IMG/VR virus record: IMGVR_UViG_3300023198_000559
Span: 1 to 64,000 of that record
Length of the DNA: 64,000 bases
Origin: a virus
Direction: 5' to 3' (one strand)
Shown: positions 6,275 through 17,153 of the stretch, one piece after another
How positions within the stretch are numbered: the stretch's first letter is position 1
Layout: every line of letters begins with the position of its first letter
Notes under the pieces: model-generated
The model's database searches: none
The model's input: only the letters and a program-made list of their open reading frames with translations
What the model was told of the DNA's origin: nothing
Made by a program: the position numbers and the translations under genes

Positions 6275-6528
6275 TTTTCTCTGCGTTTTCTAAATTCGTC
6301 TAACATATTTTCATGCCTTGCGGCCTCTGCAGCAACTTCTTCAGGAGTTTCAGGTTCCATTATAGAACCTTTACCTCCACAGTTATCACAATCAGACTTT
6401 TCGTATGCCCAGTGCTCACCACACGAAGGGCAAATACCTATATCGTTCATAGACATGTCATCTCCACAACAGGAGAACATACCTACATCTCCGGAGCCTT
6501 CGCACCAGTCACACTCTACTTTTTTCAT
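6250..6528 (-). CDS. CxxCxGxG zinc-finger protein
   Basis: Start MKKVEC (ATGA overlap); CDWCEGSG, CPSCGE, CDNCGGKG. Confidence 0.7.
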   Translation of the reverse strand: MKKVECDWCEGSGDVGMFSCCGDDMSMNDIGICPSCGEHWAYEKSDCDNCGGKGSIMEPETPEEVAAEAARHENMLDEFRKRREKWNKTPEK

Positions 6529-6710
6529 TTGCTTGCCCAGTGTATCATTAATCCCAGGACTACTATTACTAGAATAGCTGATATCCAAATTGGAGAAAAT
6601 ACCCACCACCAACTAATAGTGATGTAACCTAGGACTTTTAATATTAATAGTACTACAGTTAGTACTCCAGCGAAACCTATGCCGCTGCTACTTGAACTTG
6701 ATTTGCTCAT
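6525..6710 (-). CDS. small two-TM membrane protein
   Basis: SSSSGIGF..LKxxG.I.xSWWWVFSPIW pattern. Confidence 0.75.
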   Translation of the reverse strand: MSKSSSSSSGIGFAGVLTVVLLILKVLGYITISWWWVFSPIWISAILVIVVLGLMIHWASK

Positions 6711-6949
6711 CTTCCGTCTATTAAAATGTATTCCCATGGATAAAAAGTATAGAAATTAACTCCGTTCTCAGTACCCACAAATTGATTTGATAGAGCATTT
6801 TCTTCTTTTGCTGAGGCTATAAGAGGGAACGTACTGTTTAACAGTGAGTGGTTCCCTTTATAATGCCTAGCTAGCTCTTTAAATGTACTAGTGAGAGATA
6901 ACGATGTTTCCACCGTTAAGTTCTCTAAATCTAGCGTAACTCCTTCCAT
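6707..6949 (-). CDS. hypothetical protein
   Basis: Translationally coupled ORF. Confidence 0.6.
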   Translation of the reverse strand: MEGVTLDLENLTVETSLSLTSTFKELARHYKGNHSLLNSTFPLIASAKEENALSNQFVGTENGVNFYTFYPWEYILIDGR

Positions 6950-7191
6950 TAGTCATTCAAGAAGGACTTGATTTTCTCTGCAACTTTCTTATTAGCATCA
7001 AATTGTGTTTGTAATTCTATGCCTAATCTTTGTTCTTTCATAGCAGCTGCTTTAAAAGCAGCCTCTGCAATTCCTCTTGCAGTTTGTTCTTTGACAACCT
7101 CTTTATTAAGGGCTTCTAAATTAGTAACTGTCTTTGAAAATACAGACAGGATGTTAGCAGATTTCTGCTTAAGTTTTGTTACTTTACTCAT
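6949..7191 (-). CDS. coiled-coil hypothetical protein
   Basis: ORF with heptad pattern. Confidence 0.7.
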   Translation of the reverse strand: MSKVTKLKQKSANILSVFSKTVTNLEALNKEVVKEQTARGIAEAAFKAAAMKEQRLGIELQTQFDANKKVAEKIKSFLND

Positions 7192-7201
7192 CTTTTTATT
7201 G

Positions 7202-8077
7202 TTATAAAGGCATTGGTAAATTAATTGGGATAGTTCCTTTTTCTAATACTACACCACAAGATACAATATACTTAGCTGGAAAGTTCCTAGCATAGGCCAT
7301 CGCGTACAGTCTATCGTCCACTCCACAGCCCGTAAGCATGCCAAAGACTCTATTGGTCTTGGTTACATGCCACTTGACAGAAGCTTCAGTGTGTACGTGT
7401 CCCATTACTACGGACTTACCTGCTTTCATTGCTCTTGTGTAAGCTGCATTAGCTCCAGTAGTACCGGTACCATGAAGGTATAGTACATCATAAAGGTCGT
7501 GCTCCATTCCCCATTTCCAGGTTGGAGTACCTAATACAGAATTCATTGACTTAAGCCACCTTGCTGATACACCATTAGAATATAATTGTCTCCTAATTAT
7601 GTCATCGTGATTTCCTATACAAACATTCGCACGAGGAAATAGGTAGTGCCATTGTTGAGTCTTCATTATCGCCATATCTAGTTCATCCCCTGCACCCATC
7701 CCGTCTGGATCTTGCTCGTGATATGAAGAATAATGGTTATCTACTGCGTCTCCTATATTAACTATAGTTCCACATTGGTATTTCTCTTGTTGTTCTCTAC
7801 ACCACTCCATGTATCCTTCTCTTGTGAAGGGCTCATGAGGGTCTCCTATTACTAGTACGTTACCTTTCTTACCTTTTGTATAGGGTTTAGGTAACTTAGA
7901 GAAGTCCATCTTCTTTGGTACTCTTTCAGCGATTCCTCTATAATTAGCAATCATTTTTCGCAAGGTTCTATGAGACTGTACTATTGTATGGTCTGCTTCT
8001 AAGATTTCTCTTGCTAACCTGCTGTGAGATTGTCCTAAATCAAATAGGTCAATAAGATCTCTTACTTTATTTGTCAT
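7202..8077 (-). CDS. calcineurin-like metallophosphoesterase
   Basis: GDPH, GDAVD, GNHD, HG, GHVH motifs. Confidence 0.9.
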   Translation of the reverse strand: MTNKVRDLIDLFDLGQSHSRLAREILEADHTIVQSHRTLRKMIANYRGIAERVPKKMDFSKLPKPYTKGKKGNVLVIGDPHEPFTREGYMEWCREQQEKYQCGTIVNIGDAVDNHYSSYHEQDPDGMGAGDELDMAIMKTQQWHYLFPRANVCIGNHDDIIRRQLYSNGVSARWLKSMNSVLGTPTWKWGMEHDLYDVLYLHGTGTTGANAAYTRAMKAGKSVVMGHVHTEASVKWHVTKTNRVFGMLTGCGVDDRLYAMAYARNFPAKYIVSCGVVLEKGTIPINLPMPL

Positions 8078-8429
8078 CTTCGAATACTTTTATAATGCCT
8101 TCCTCTAATTCTTTATAGTAGGCTAGTACTTCTTCAATCGTATAAAATACAGGTATTTGATTTTCCATTGCTAACGTCGTTTCATCATCAGCTCCAGTAC
8201 TTTCTCCGGGTAAACGAAGAACAGCGTCACAAACAAGAACCCATTCATTATCTAATTTTATCCAATCCTGATAAGGTCTTGGATGTGCCATATGTTGAAA
8301 ATGGCTATACAAAGGTACAAAAGGGGCAATACCTGCATTCATTAACAGGTCTGCTACATCCATTTGGTTCTTTACATTTACCGCTACGTCTCCTAAAGTG
8401 TAGGGACTTGCAATATAAACTTTAAACAT
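8067..8429 (-). CDS. nucleoside 2-deoxyribosyltransferase-like (DUF1937/DUF4406-type) protein
   Basis: VYIASPYT ... CDAVLRLPGESTGADDE. Confidence 0.7.
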   Translation of the reverse strand: MFKVYIASPYTLGDVAVNVKNQMDVADLLMNAGIAPFVPLYSHFQHMAHPRPYQDWIKLDNEWVLVCDAVLRLPGESTGADDETTLAMENQIPVFYTIEEVLAYYKELEEGIIKVFEDDK

Positions 8430-8434
8430 ATTTT

Positions 8435-10369
8435 TTAAGTTATTTCACATGAGCCACCTGCACAAGCTAATTCACCAGTGAGGTTGGTATTATCTTCGAT
8501 TTCTTTTATTCCACTAAGGTCTATGCCTTGAATGAATTTTAGTTTCTCTTCATATTGAGCCCGGGTACATTCCTGGAAAGGAGCATCCACGTAGGATCCA
8601 CCATCATACGGAAGACAGGATAAGCCATTGAAGCTATTCCTATTATTCCACATCCAATTACCAACTGCTTGCCATTCAGTAAAATACTTTCGTCTTTTAC
8701 CTTTTTTGAATGCATCATCTATTTGGAAAAATGCAGTGCCCATTGTTGCGTATTCTTTGTCTTTATGGATATATACTGTTGCAGATACATTATTGGTATT
8801 ACTACCATTACGATGTCCTACAGCTACCCATTCATCATAAAATCTTTTTACTCTTTCTAACATCTCCAGGGCATTCTCGTCATCCCTAAGGATAGCATTT
8901 GAGGGTGCCTTTTGGGGAATACTTATGACAGCACTACTTGAATCTAAGTCCATCACTTTCACTAGCTCTGGATGCTTTTTCTTAAAGTAATTGTATAAAT
9001 CGTCGCCAACTGAACACTGGATAGTACGGAAATAGTACTTACTGTGCCAAGCATGAATACCTGAGGATACACCTAATACTAGACTAGTTGTCCCAGAAGG
9101 TTTAACTGTTGTAACGCGTGCTGCTTCGTTGATACCTATAATACCAGCTACTCTACTGTTCTCAGCGAGAACTGCACTAGCTGCTTCTTTTAAATTAAGT
9201 TTTAATATACCTCCATTACAAATACCTGTGATTCCTACACCTATTAAGGCGTCTTTCTCTGTAGTACGTTGCCATACAGGTCTTAAGTAGTGAAAGTCTG
9301 TTATACCTGCCTGAAGAGTACCAAAGAATGCAGCAATTTGTGCACGTCTGTTAAATTCTGTCTGACTTCTAAGGTCCCCTGCATTAATTTCTGTAAGATT
9401 ACAAAAGCTGTAGGGCCTTAAGGCTATTTCAGCACAAGGGTTGGTACCATAATCTCTATCATTAGAGAAGTATACACCAGGTTCTCCAGCGTTAGATTGT
9501 TCTACTTTTTTCCATAGGTTTAAGAAGAACTCTTCTGTAATCCTATGTCTTAATAGTACTGCACTGTTATTAGCTCTTCCTCTTTGTGGATTGGTCTCAT
9601 ACCATGTTCCCATCTTACATTCTAACATCTCAGTGTCATCTGCAGAGAACAGTGCTATTAAAGCTGCACGTCTAATACCACCTGCTAATACAGCATCTGC
9701 TATATAGCACATAATATCATGTACTTGTAGGGGAGTTAGTTGAGTACCTTCTTCTATACTGTCAAGAAGTAGTCTAATGTTAAATAAACATTTCTTTAAT
9801 GGTTCTGGACCTGGGGCCTTACCTCCAGCTGTTACCAGGCGCTCTCCTTTAGCTCTTATTGAGTCAAAGTCAAACCTGGGAGCTGTTTCTCTCATACCAA
9901 AGTATGCTTTCATAAGGTGTTTAACTGCATCAGCCCAACCTTCTATTGAATCTTCTATAACGAATTTTTGTGTCTTCTCGGGTTTACGAATTACCGGAAG
10001 TTTCTCTACATGTGATCTTTGCACTGAATATCCTAAACCTGTACCACCTAAAAGCAAAAACATTCCTTCTGAGAATGATTTATAGTTATCGATAGGCATG
10101 TAGGCACAGTTATATACTCTACTATTATTCTTTTCTATTGCAGGGCCAGCAAATTGCGCGGCACGCATAGACATTAATACTTTCTTTTGACGCAAGTCCT
10201 CCCCATATACACGAATTTCGTGCTCTAATTCTGGATACTTACGTACCATCATGAGTATATATCTGTTTACTATCTCATTCCAGGTCTCTCTTCTTTGTTC
10301 TTTTGGTAAGTATTTGGCGTATTTGTTATATATAACAATATTAGATAGGGTTTCTTGTGTTTGGTGCAT
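8435..10369 (-). CDS. nrdJ: class II (adenosylcobalamin-dependent) ribonucleotide reductase
   Basis: YNCAY, GTNPCAEI, FCNLTE, TVKPSGT, C-terminal CAGGSC; no small-subunit gene nearby. Confidence 0.9.
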   Translation of the reverse strand: MHQTQETLSNIVIYNKYAKYLPKEQRRETWNEIVNRYILMMVRKYPELEHEIRVYGEDLRQKKVLMSMRAAQFAGPAIEKNNSRVYNCAYMPIDNYKSFSEGMFLLLGGTGLGYSVQRSHVEKLPVIRKPEKTQKFVIEDSIEGWADAVKHLMKAYFGMRETAPRFDFDSIRAKGERLVTAGGKAPGPEPLKKCLFNIRLLLDSIEEGTQLTPLQVHDIMCYIADAVLAGGIRRAALIALFSADDTEMLECKMGTWYETNPQRGRANNSAVLLRHRITEEFFLNLWKKVEQSNAGEPGVYFSNDRDYGTNPCAEIALRPYSFCNLTEINAGDLRSQTEFNRRAQIAAFFGTLQAGITDFHYLRPVWQRTTEKDALIGVGITGICNGGILKLNLKEAASAVLAENSRVAGIIGINEAARVTTVKPSGTTSLVLGVSSGIHAWHSKYYFRTIQCSVGDDLYNYFKKKHPELVKVMDLDSSSAVISIPQKAPSNAILRDDENALEMLERVKRFYDEWVAVGHRNGSNTNNVSATVYIHKDKEYATMGTAFFQIDDAFKKGKRRKYFTEWQAVGNWMWNNRNSFNGLSCLPYDGGSYVDAPFQECTRAQYEEKLKFIQGIDLSGIKEIEDNTNLTGELACAGGSCEIT

Positions 10370-10401
10370 TAGGTGAAGTTTTTAGTGAAATGTAAAGGTA
10401 C

Positions 10402-10428
10402 AAAAAAGGGAAGATTTCTCCTCCCTTT
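10402..10428 (-). terminator. intrinsic terminator
   Basis: AAAGGGAGGAGAAATCTTCCC followed by TTTTTT. Confidence 0.6.
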
Positions 10429-10450
10429 CTGTGCCAATTATTTGCACTAT

Positions 10451-10954
10451 TTAATTATTATCAAAAAAATTACATTTATGAGGCTTACTGGCTAATTCTG
10501 CATTAGCAGGTAAGGATTCCTCAAGTTGTTCTTCGAGAGAAGCTCTTAATTTATTTGACTTATCAAGGACATGAAACCATACGGATTTCTTTATCTTTCC
10601 ATCATATCCTGTGATGTAAGGTAATTTACTATATTTTCGTATAAAAGTTTTAGCTTCATCACTGAAGTGACTATACTTACCAGCTATAAACATTGCTACG
10701 TCTGTGTGAAATTGTTCTGGGATGTTATAGAAGATAAAAGATTTATACCCTTTATCAATCGAGAAAGAATAGTGAGCATATGTTTTATACACCTCTTGCA
10801 TCTCTTCAACTTCTACAACTATTTGAACTTCTTCCAGGTCAATATAGCTTTCTATGAACTTTCCTGCTTTAAAGTCATTTGATGACCTTTTAATAAAAGG
10901 AAGTATATAATAATTACATAAATTGTGAGTTTGCTGTACTATAAGTTCTGTCAT
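10451..10954 (-). CDS. hypothetical protein
   Basis: ORF in the replication operon. Confidence 0.75.
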   Translation of the reverse strand: MTELIVQQTHNLCNYYILPFIKRSSNDFKAGKFIESYIDLEEVQIVVEVEEMQEVYKTYAHYSFSIDKGYKSFIFYNIPEQFHTDVAMFIAGKYSHFSDEAKTFIRKYSKLPYITGYDGKIKKSVWFHVLDKSNKLRASLEEQLEESLPANAELASKPHKCNFFDNN

Positions 10955-10963
10955 TTGACAAAC

Positions 10964-11365
10964 TTAAGCAATTTTCTCCTTTAGTGCTTCGTTTTCCTTT
11001 ATTAAATCCATAAAATCATCCATATGCATGACAGCATATCGGCCTGTTTCTACAAATTTTCCTTTCTCCGACTTTTTAGTTTGCTTATGAAGGATAACCT
11101 TTATAGCTCCTTTTAAGCTTTTCATCTCTGTTAGTAATTTAGGATACGGAGCTGAAGTAGAAAGAGTTTTACACTGCACACTATAGCGCAGTAAACCATT
11201 CTCTATTTCATCCGTATTCATAAGATCTATTTTATCAGCATCACGTTTCTTATTCTCTGATCTACTAGTGACAACATGAGGGAAGCCTACTTCTCTAAAT
11301 ATTTTTACACATTCACGTTCCCAATTGTGTCCTGCTATACGATTACGTTTTCCAGGAGTGGACAT
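10964..11365 (-). CDS. PD-(D/E)xK Holliday junction resolvase-like nuclease
   Basis: GxxWERE, D, VQCK motifs. Confidence 0.8.
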   Translation of the reverse strand: MSTPGKRNRIAGHNWERECVKIFREVGFPHVVTSRSENKKRDADKIDLMNTDEIENGLLRYSVQCKTLSTSAPYPKLLTEMKSLKGAIKVILHKQTKKSEKGKFVETGRYAVMHMDDFMDLIKENEALKEKIA

Positions 11366-11418
11366 AAAGAAAAAGCCCAGGATTATTCCCGGGCTCTAAA
11401 ACTAGGTAAATGAAACTC

Positions 11419-12579
11419 TTAAATATCAAGAGACGACAGTTGCTCACTAACGGCAGCTACATCTTCTGCTACCTTAGCTGCAAACTCAGCATTTGCTTGT
11501 ACTGCTTCCTGAAGCATGTCTTCCCACTGAAGGTCAGTTTTAGATGCATACTCAGAGGAGCGGTAAAGAGACTTAGTTGGACCAGCAAATGTATCATACA
11601 CCATGTACTCTTTACATCTGATTGCACCTGAAGAATCATCAGGAACTGCACCAACAAACATTGGATCCACAAACACGTTGTGAGTTACAGTACCAGCGTT
11701 CTGATAACCACGGATATAATCCAGGTTACCTACATGTAATCCTTTAACACAACCACGGTTGTCATCACAATTGACCATAGACCAATCAGCGAGACGATGA
11801 ATCTCACCTACTTTAATGATGTGACCTTCTGTATCTCCACAAGAGAACGCATCGCCTCCAGTACCTTGAACAGCTGGTTCGAACACTAAATCCTCAGCGA
11901 ATTCAGGCTTGTCATAAGACTTCAGACCAGTTTCCTCGTCGAAAGATACCTTATAACGAGAGATTTGGTCTCCAGTTTCTTTATCAAACTTCATAATCTT
12001 CTCTCTAGACACCTTGTATGTCTGTAGAAGTCCTTCTTGAGTGATAGGAACTTGGATACGTGTGGCACGTTCAACAGCTACTTCATAACTGATACCATGC
12101 TCATCCATTAACTTATTAGCATACTCCATATCTACATATGTAGCATTGATATAGTTAATAATCTTTCCAAGTTTCACTGGGTGCAACTTAGGGTTTCTTA
12201 AAGTTCTAATCCAGAACTTAATCATTGGGAGAATGTCAATGTTCTTCTCAATAGACTCGTTAAGTCTATCAACAAAGCCTTGAGGCATAGGAACATTAGA
12301 TACAACTTTGTTGTACTTGAGGAATGTTTCCCCTGTCTTTTCATTGTAGTGTAAATACTCGCTAGCTCCTTCAATAGTCGCTTTAAAGTCTTCCACTGCT
12401 AATGGCTTAAACTTCTCGATAATAGCTTTAAGATCTTCTACTGTGTCAGCAGCATTAGCTTCAGCTTGAAGTTTTATCATTTGATCATAGATATCTTGAT
12501 CAAAAGTGATACCAAAGTGCTCGCCTCCGAAAGACCCGGAAATAACGTCACCTACTACATTTAATGTTATCATACTCAC
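11419..12579 (-). CDS. rIIB-like protein
   Basis: DDNRGCVKGLHVG...VDPMFVGAVPDD..IRC.EY; follows an rIIA-like gene. Confidence 0.8.
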   Translation of the reverse strand: MSMITLNVVGDVISGSFGGEHFGITFDQDIYDQMIKLQAEANAADTVEDLKAIIEKFKPLAVEDFKATIEGASEYLHYNEKTGETFLKYNKVVSNVPMPQGFVDRLNESIEKNIDILPMIKFWIRTLRNPKLHPVKLGKIINYINATYVDMEYANKLMDEHGISYEVAVERATRIQVPITQEGLLQTYKVSREKIMKFDKETGDQISRYKVSFDEETGLKSYDKPEFAEDLVFEPAVQGTGGDAFSCGDTEGHIIKVGEIHRLADWSMVNCDDNRGCVKGLHVGNLDYIRGYQNAGTVTHNVFVDPMFVGAVPDDSSGAIRCKEYMVYDTFAGPTKSLYRSSEYASKTDLQWEDMLQEAVQANAEFAAKVAEDVAAVSEQLSSLDI

Positions 12580-12602
12580 TTTTTTAAATTTATATTGTTA
12601 TA

Positions 12603-12633
12603 CAAATATACGAATTTTTGTGGATTATTCCAA
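12603..12633 (-). promoter_or_regulatory. Bacteroidota-type promoter
   Basis: TTG-N20-TATATTTG. Confidence 0.6.
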
Positions 12634-15135
12634 GTTTAACTTGTGTGCCACATAGTTTCTAATTTCTAATTCTAGTTCTTCATTTACGTTATTAGTTGAT
12701 TCTGTTAAGGGTTTAAGCTGATTTAGCATAGTAGATAGCGGTTCTGCATAGGACAATAACTCTGTGTAGAGTTTGTACATTTCCATGTCGACAACGTTAC
12801 TATCTTTGAAGGCATCAGAACCAAATAGTTCCCCAGACTTCTTACTTACCATCTTCTCATTACCTTCTACTTCCTGGACAAACAGTTGAAATTCTACTAA
12901 CTTGTCTAAGAACATGTCTAACTCATCTTCTATTTTGCTTGCATAAGGTGCTTGTCTATTAGTGATTGTGTAATGGTAGAGTTTGAGATACTTTTCAGAT
13001 ATATCGTCATCTATCATTGCGTAATTACTAAGAAACTTGAGTTTATCCATTTCCTTATTGATTAACCTGGTTGTGTTATAAGCTATTATTAGTGGATCCA
13101 CGGCTATAATTTTATTTTTAACATCAATTTGTTTGAATAGATCTTTAATATAGATCGACTTCTTTAGATCTTTATAGTATTTCTCGTTCTGAGTAGCGAT
13201 ACTAATGATAGTTACTTTACCCCAACTTTTTCTGTTGGCGCTAACAAAGTTAAAAATAAACTCGAGTCCATCTCTATCATTACCAAAACCGTAAATAAGC
13301 TTTTCAACAGCAGGATTCTCGTCAATTGACGCAATACTAGCTATTTTCCACTCTCCTTTACGGAAGGTAATATCATCATTATAATAATCCCTATCAGGAG
13401 ATTTATAAACTGTCTCTTTATTTATTTCTCGCTGCTCAGCGGGCGTCAGTTTAGGAGCATCATAAGATTCCCCTTTATCTTCAGCCTTTTCCATGTCATC
13501 TAGTTTATCTTTCCAATCTTCAGGAACTTCTACACCTTCGTAGTCCGTCATACCAGACTTTTGCAGCAATGCAAGTAGTTTACTTTGATATTTTAAGTAC
13601 TTTCCTTGCTGTTCTTCTGTAAGTTTAGTATCAGGTGGCAACTCTACTGGTTCAATTACCATTATAGTTTGCTTACTTGAGTAATGTCCTAGATCTGAAT
13701 TTGCTATACTATAAAGATATAGGTCTTTTTGATGTTTAGTGTCTCCTTGTTGAATGTACGCGTGATCTAGTTGTGCAGTACTCCAAGAAGTAACCTGGTC
13801 TCCTCTTTTAACTCTTTCCCTAGAAACTTTACTATCATATACCTTGTTAATAAGTCTAACCTTGAAGCCTTGAAAGAACTTCTCAAACCCTTTATACTTT
13901 ATATCCTTATCTAAAGGATACGCTGGGGTTATTTGCGATTTATCAATAAGGGTAGATAGTCTACCTAGAGTACTATTACGATTGGTATGTGTTAAAGTAG
14001 TTGTACAAGTCTTTATCCACTTAAGGAAGTCTACTTCTTTCAATTCAGCTTCTACAAATGCAGAGGCTATATCTACTACTTCTTTGAAACGATTTACCAC
14101 AGTATCCCGGGTCTTCTCATTCCAAATAACAGTCTCTCTAGACTGTGTAACATCTATTTCACTTGCTCCTACCTTAATTCCTACATTACCAACTTTGTTT
14201 TCTAGTTCTAATTCTAAGAAATCAATGTATCCATAAGTTACACCATCTATTACAATATGAGGTTTAGAGTACTGACGATTTTCTGCCAGGATAATCTTGT
14301 CATCTTCATACATAATATCACTAGTAACAGTTTGTTCACTATCCTCCCCCCAGCTGTTAATGTAAAATCTAATACCCTGTAGGTATAGAAGCTGGGATTT
14401 AATAGCATCAATATACTGTTGCTTATGGTGTTTCTTGGTCTCTACTCTAATTTCAGTAAAATTCTTCTCTGTAGTCTCTTCATAATAAGCTACGTAATCA
14501 TTTGCAAAAGTATAACTTTTGTTTTTTACACCTGTTTCCAAATTAATTTTTGGAGTAGCTGAGTCTACTTTGTGCGAGTAAATATCAAAGGTGAATTTCC
14601 TTCCATTATGAGATGTGATACATCTAAAAGAATCTACATAGGTAGATAGAGGGGCTTTAGCGCCAATACCAAATTTACCAATGTTGAGCTTAGAGTTTCT
14701 CTTAGTAGAGTATCCTAATCTCATGTATCCTTCTAAACGTTTCAACCCTAATCCTACACCTTGGTCCTTAAACGAGATATAGTCTTTACCCTTATCAGTC
14801 TCCTTAGAGAAATAGGTTATTACCATATCCGGGTCAGAACTTAACCAGGCAAGGTCATAATAATCTTTATTAAAATTACTATCCTTATACAATGGGTCAT
14901 CTCTACGAATAAAATAGTCTTCTTCCTTAGCTTTACCTTTTAATATTTCTACAACTGCATCGCGCTCTTTAATTGAGTCCAAGCCATTACAGGCTATCTC
15001 ACGTACAGTACTTTTAACTGGGTATTTATATTGACTGCTCTGGATATTATCAAAAATCATTGTTAACGCTGATTCTTCTATCTCCTTAGCAAACCCACTT
15101 GTCGATTCTATTACTTCATGTTCTAGTATTGCCAT
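12625..15135 (-). CDS. rIIA-like protein with GHKL/HSP90-type ATPase domain
   Basis: VREIACNGLDS, DQGVG, GYSTKR, GKFGIGAK. Confidence 0.85.
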   Translation of the reverse strand: MAILEHEVIESTSGFAKEIEESALTMIFDNIQSSQYKYPVKSTVREIACNGLDSIKERDAVVEILKGKAKEEDYFIRRDDPLYKDSNFNKDYYDLAWLSSDPDMVITYFSKETDKGKDYISFKDQGVGLGLKRLEGYMRLGYSTKRNSKLNIGKFGIGAKAPLSTYVDSFRCITSHNGRKFTFDIYSHKVDSATPKINLETGVKNKSYTFANDYVAYYEETTEKNFTEIRVETKKHHKQQYIDAIKSQLLYLQGIRFYINSWGEDSEQTVTSDIMYEDDKIILAENRQYSKPHIVIDGVTYGYIDFLELELENKVGNVGIKVGASEIDVTQSRETVIWNEKTRDTVVNRFKEVVDIASAFVEAELKEVDFLKWIKTCTTTLTHTNRNSTLGRLSTLIDKSQITPAYPLDKDIKYKGFEKFFQGFKVRLINKVYDSKVSRERVKRGDQVTSWSTAQLDHAYIQQGDTKHQKDLYLYSIANSDLGHYSSKQTIMVIEPVELPPDTKLTEEQQGKYLKYQSKLLALLQKSGMTDYEGVEVPEDWKDKLDDMEKAEDKGESYDAPKLTPAEQREINKETVYKSPDRDYYNDDITFRKGEWKIASIASIDENPAVEKLIYGFGNDRDGLEFIFNFVSANRKSWGKVTIISIATQNEKYYKDLKKSIYIKDLFKQIDVKNKIIAVDPLIIAYNTTRLINKEMDKLKFLSNYAMIDDDISEKYLKLYHYTITNRQAPYASKIEDELDMFLDKLVEFQLFVQEVEGNEKMVSKKSGELFGSDAFKDSNVVDMEMYKLYTELLSYAEPLSTMLNQLKPLTESTNNVNEELELEIRNYVAHKLNLE

Positions 15136-15137
15136 TA

Positions 15138-15512
15138 TTAAAAACTAAAATAATCGTTATGAGCCTTAGGCTTTTTGGTTTTATCTTTTTCAATTTGAGC
15201 AATAGCAACAAGTTCCATTATATTATTATAATTAGATTGTCTATTCGCTTCCTTTAAAAATATTTCTTTATTTATCGGGATACTTCCAAACATAATAACA
15301 CTTTTCCACATCATATATTTCCAAGATTGTGCTGCATGATTAAATGTTTGGTCTGCTTTATAGTAAAGAGGAGTTGCTCTAGGATTACCTTTTTTAGTAA
15401 TAGCTATCACTACACCATAAGTCATTCCTATACAATTCATAAAATCTTTACCAAAACTTTTTCCCCATAAAGGGACTATATCTCCAATTTTAATATCTTT
15501 TTCATCATCCAT
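15138..15512 (-). CDS. hypothetical protein
   Basis: ORF in operon. Confidence 0.65.
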   Translation of the reverse strand: MDDEKDIKIGDIVPLWGKSFGKDFMNCIGMTYGVVIAITKKGNPRATPLYYKADQTFNHAAQSWKYMMWKSVIMFGSIPINKEIFLKEANRQSNYNNIMELVAIAQIEKDKTKKPKAHNDYFSF

Positions 15513-16438
15513 TTTGTTTCTTCTTTTCCATATTCTTTAATAAAATCTGATACGTCTTTACACTCTGATTCTATTGGAATGTAAACTTTATCATAAGGGT
15601 ATTTATCACCATTATGTTTCATATCATTGTCAAATAGTATTTTAACATTCTTATAATGGGCATTTATCCATTTAAAGTATTGTTTAGGTAGTAGTGTTGT
15701 TTCTGATTTAGGACTGATTGCTTCATATCCTAGTTCATATAGCACCATTACATCCTTTAAAGATTTAGTAATGATAAGAGTATCAGATTTCTTCTTTAAT
15801 TGGAAGAAACCTTCAGCAAGTTTTATTGGGAAGTTATTGACGAATTTGAATTTAGAATTATAAGGACAGTATATCTTATACTTATCACCTATTCGATAAG
15901 CAAAAGCTAGCTCTTTGTAACCTACCTGGTTACCATTAATAGTAGCGCCATACAGCTCAGTAACATCAAAGAGACTTAGGGTCTCTTCAGTGATATGGAA
16001 GGACGTCCAGAAATCTAGACCTGCTTCAGTGAATTGGTTCTTACTATTAATTTCAATTGTTGCTTCCTCTTTTCTTTCAGGTTTCTTATATGTCAATACT
16101 TTCTTAGATGCTGTAAAATTTCCATCTGTAAATCCTAACTTAAAGTCAGAGTCTATCTTGTGCAGGGCATCTGTATGATTTAATCCATACATCTCCATTA
16201 CAAGTTGAACTATTGTTCCAGATTTATCTAATGCACCATCTTTCCATAAAAACTCTACTCCAGCATCTGGATAGGCATTATAAAAAGAAAAGGAAGGTGA
16301 ATCATCCACCTCCCTTATAGGGGATGAGTATGTCCCTCTGATATCCGGGTCGAACCCTAGATAATGACAGTACAGGCCATACTCATCTATCCTAGTTAAT
16401 ATACTTGACAACGACAAAGCGAAGTCACTTATATCCAT
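15476..16438 (-). CDS. DNA primase (Toprim, crAss-type)
   Basis: SPIRxxDxSPSF, IITKSLKDVM, LFDND, KDVSDF. Confidence 0.88.
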   Translation of the reverse strand: MDISDFALSLSSILTRIDEYGLYCHYLGFDPDIRGTYSSPIREVDDSPSFSFYNAYPDAGVEFLWKDGALDKSGTIVQLVMEMYGLNHTDALHKIDSDFKLGFTDGNFTASKKVLTYKKPERKEEATIEINSKNQFTEAGLDFWTSFHITEETLSLFDVTELYGATINGNQVGYKELAFAYRIGDKYKIYCPYNSKFKFVNNFPIKLAEGFFQLKKKSDTLIITKSLKDVMVLYELGYEAISPKSETTLLPKQYFKWINAHYKNVKILFDNDMKHNGDKYPYDKVYIPIESECKDVSDFIKEYGKEETKWMMKKILKLEI

Positions 16439-17133
16439 TACTCTGCGCTTAAGTCGGCTGGAGCGTCATCCTCATCTGCATTGAATACTTCAGCAAGAGC
16501 TGAGTCGTTAAGACTTACAGCTTTCTTGGCTACTTTATCCTTTGCTGGAGTTGGGTCGTTTTTACCATTAGCAATTTCCCAATTAGACCACTTGATCTTA
16601 GAAGCGTCCACTGGAATATCCATTGACTCCACCCATGGTCCAAAATTTGGAAGGGAAGCAAATGAAGATTTCTTAGAACGTCGAGGAAGCTTAACCCTAA
16701 ATGGGTGCTTCTCGTCTGCTATAAATGGTTTCATCATTTCAAGAAATTGGCCTACAATGTTATTGTAAGCAAGGTCAACGTTAGCTTGATCTGTGAATAT
16801 GATCTTAGCATTCTCGTTAGTCACTGTGAGCCCCTTGGTAGGGTTAATCTCAGGCTTCTCAAGATATACTTTTAACAATTCTACTAGAACATTTCTAAAG
16901 TTGACGATAAGCTTTAACATAGTGCCACCATCTCTCTTTTCACCAAAGTAATCCACACTTTGACCATATACCCGGATATTAACATCTTGGTCAGACGTCA
17001 ATTCAGCTGTACCAGCTAATGCTGCCATAGCATCATCTTTGCCTTTCTTTAAGAATTCAATTTCCAAAGTACCTTGATCATTAAGGATTGCTTTGCTTAT
17101 TATCACGTTTTCATGTATTCCTACTTGTAACAT
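16438..17133 (-). CDS. putative single-stranded DNA-binding protein
   Basis: Position next to primase; acidic C-terminal tail. Confidence 0.55.
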   Translation of the reverse strand: MLQVGIHENVIISKAILNDQGTLEIEFLKKGKDDAMAALAGTAELTSDQDVNIRVYGQSVDYFGEKRDGGTMLKLIVNFRNVLVELLKVYLEKPEINPTKGLTVTNENAKIIFTDQANVDLAYNNIVGQFLEMMKPFIADEKHPFRVKLPRRSKKSSFASLPNFGPWVESMDIPVDASKIKWSNWEIANGKNDPTPAKDKVAKKAVSLNDSALAEVFNADEDDAPADLSAE

Positions 17134-17153
17134 ATATTAATTAATTTTAAAAA

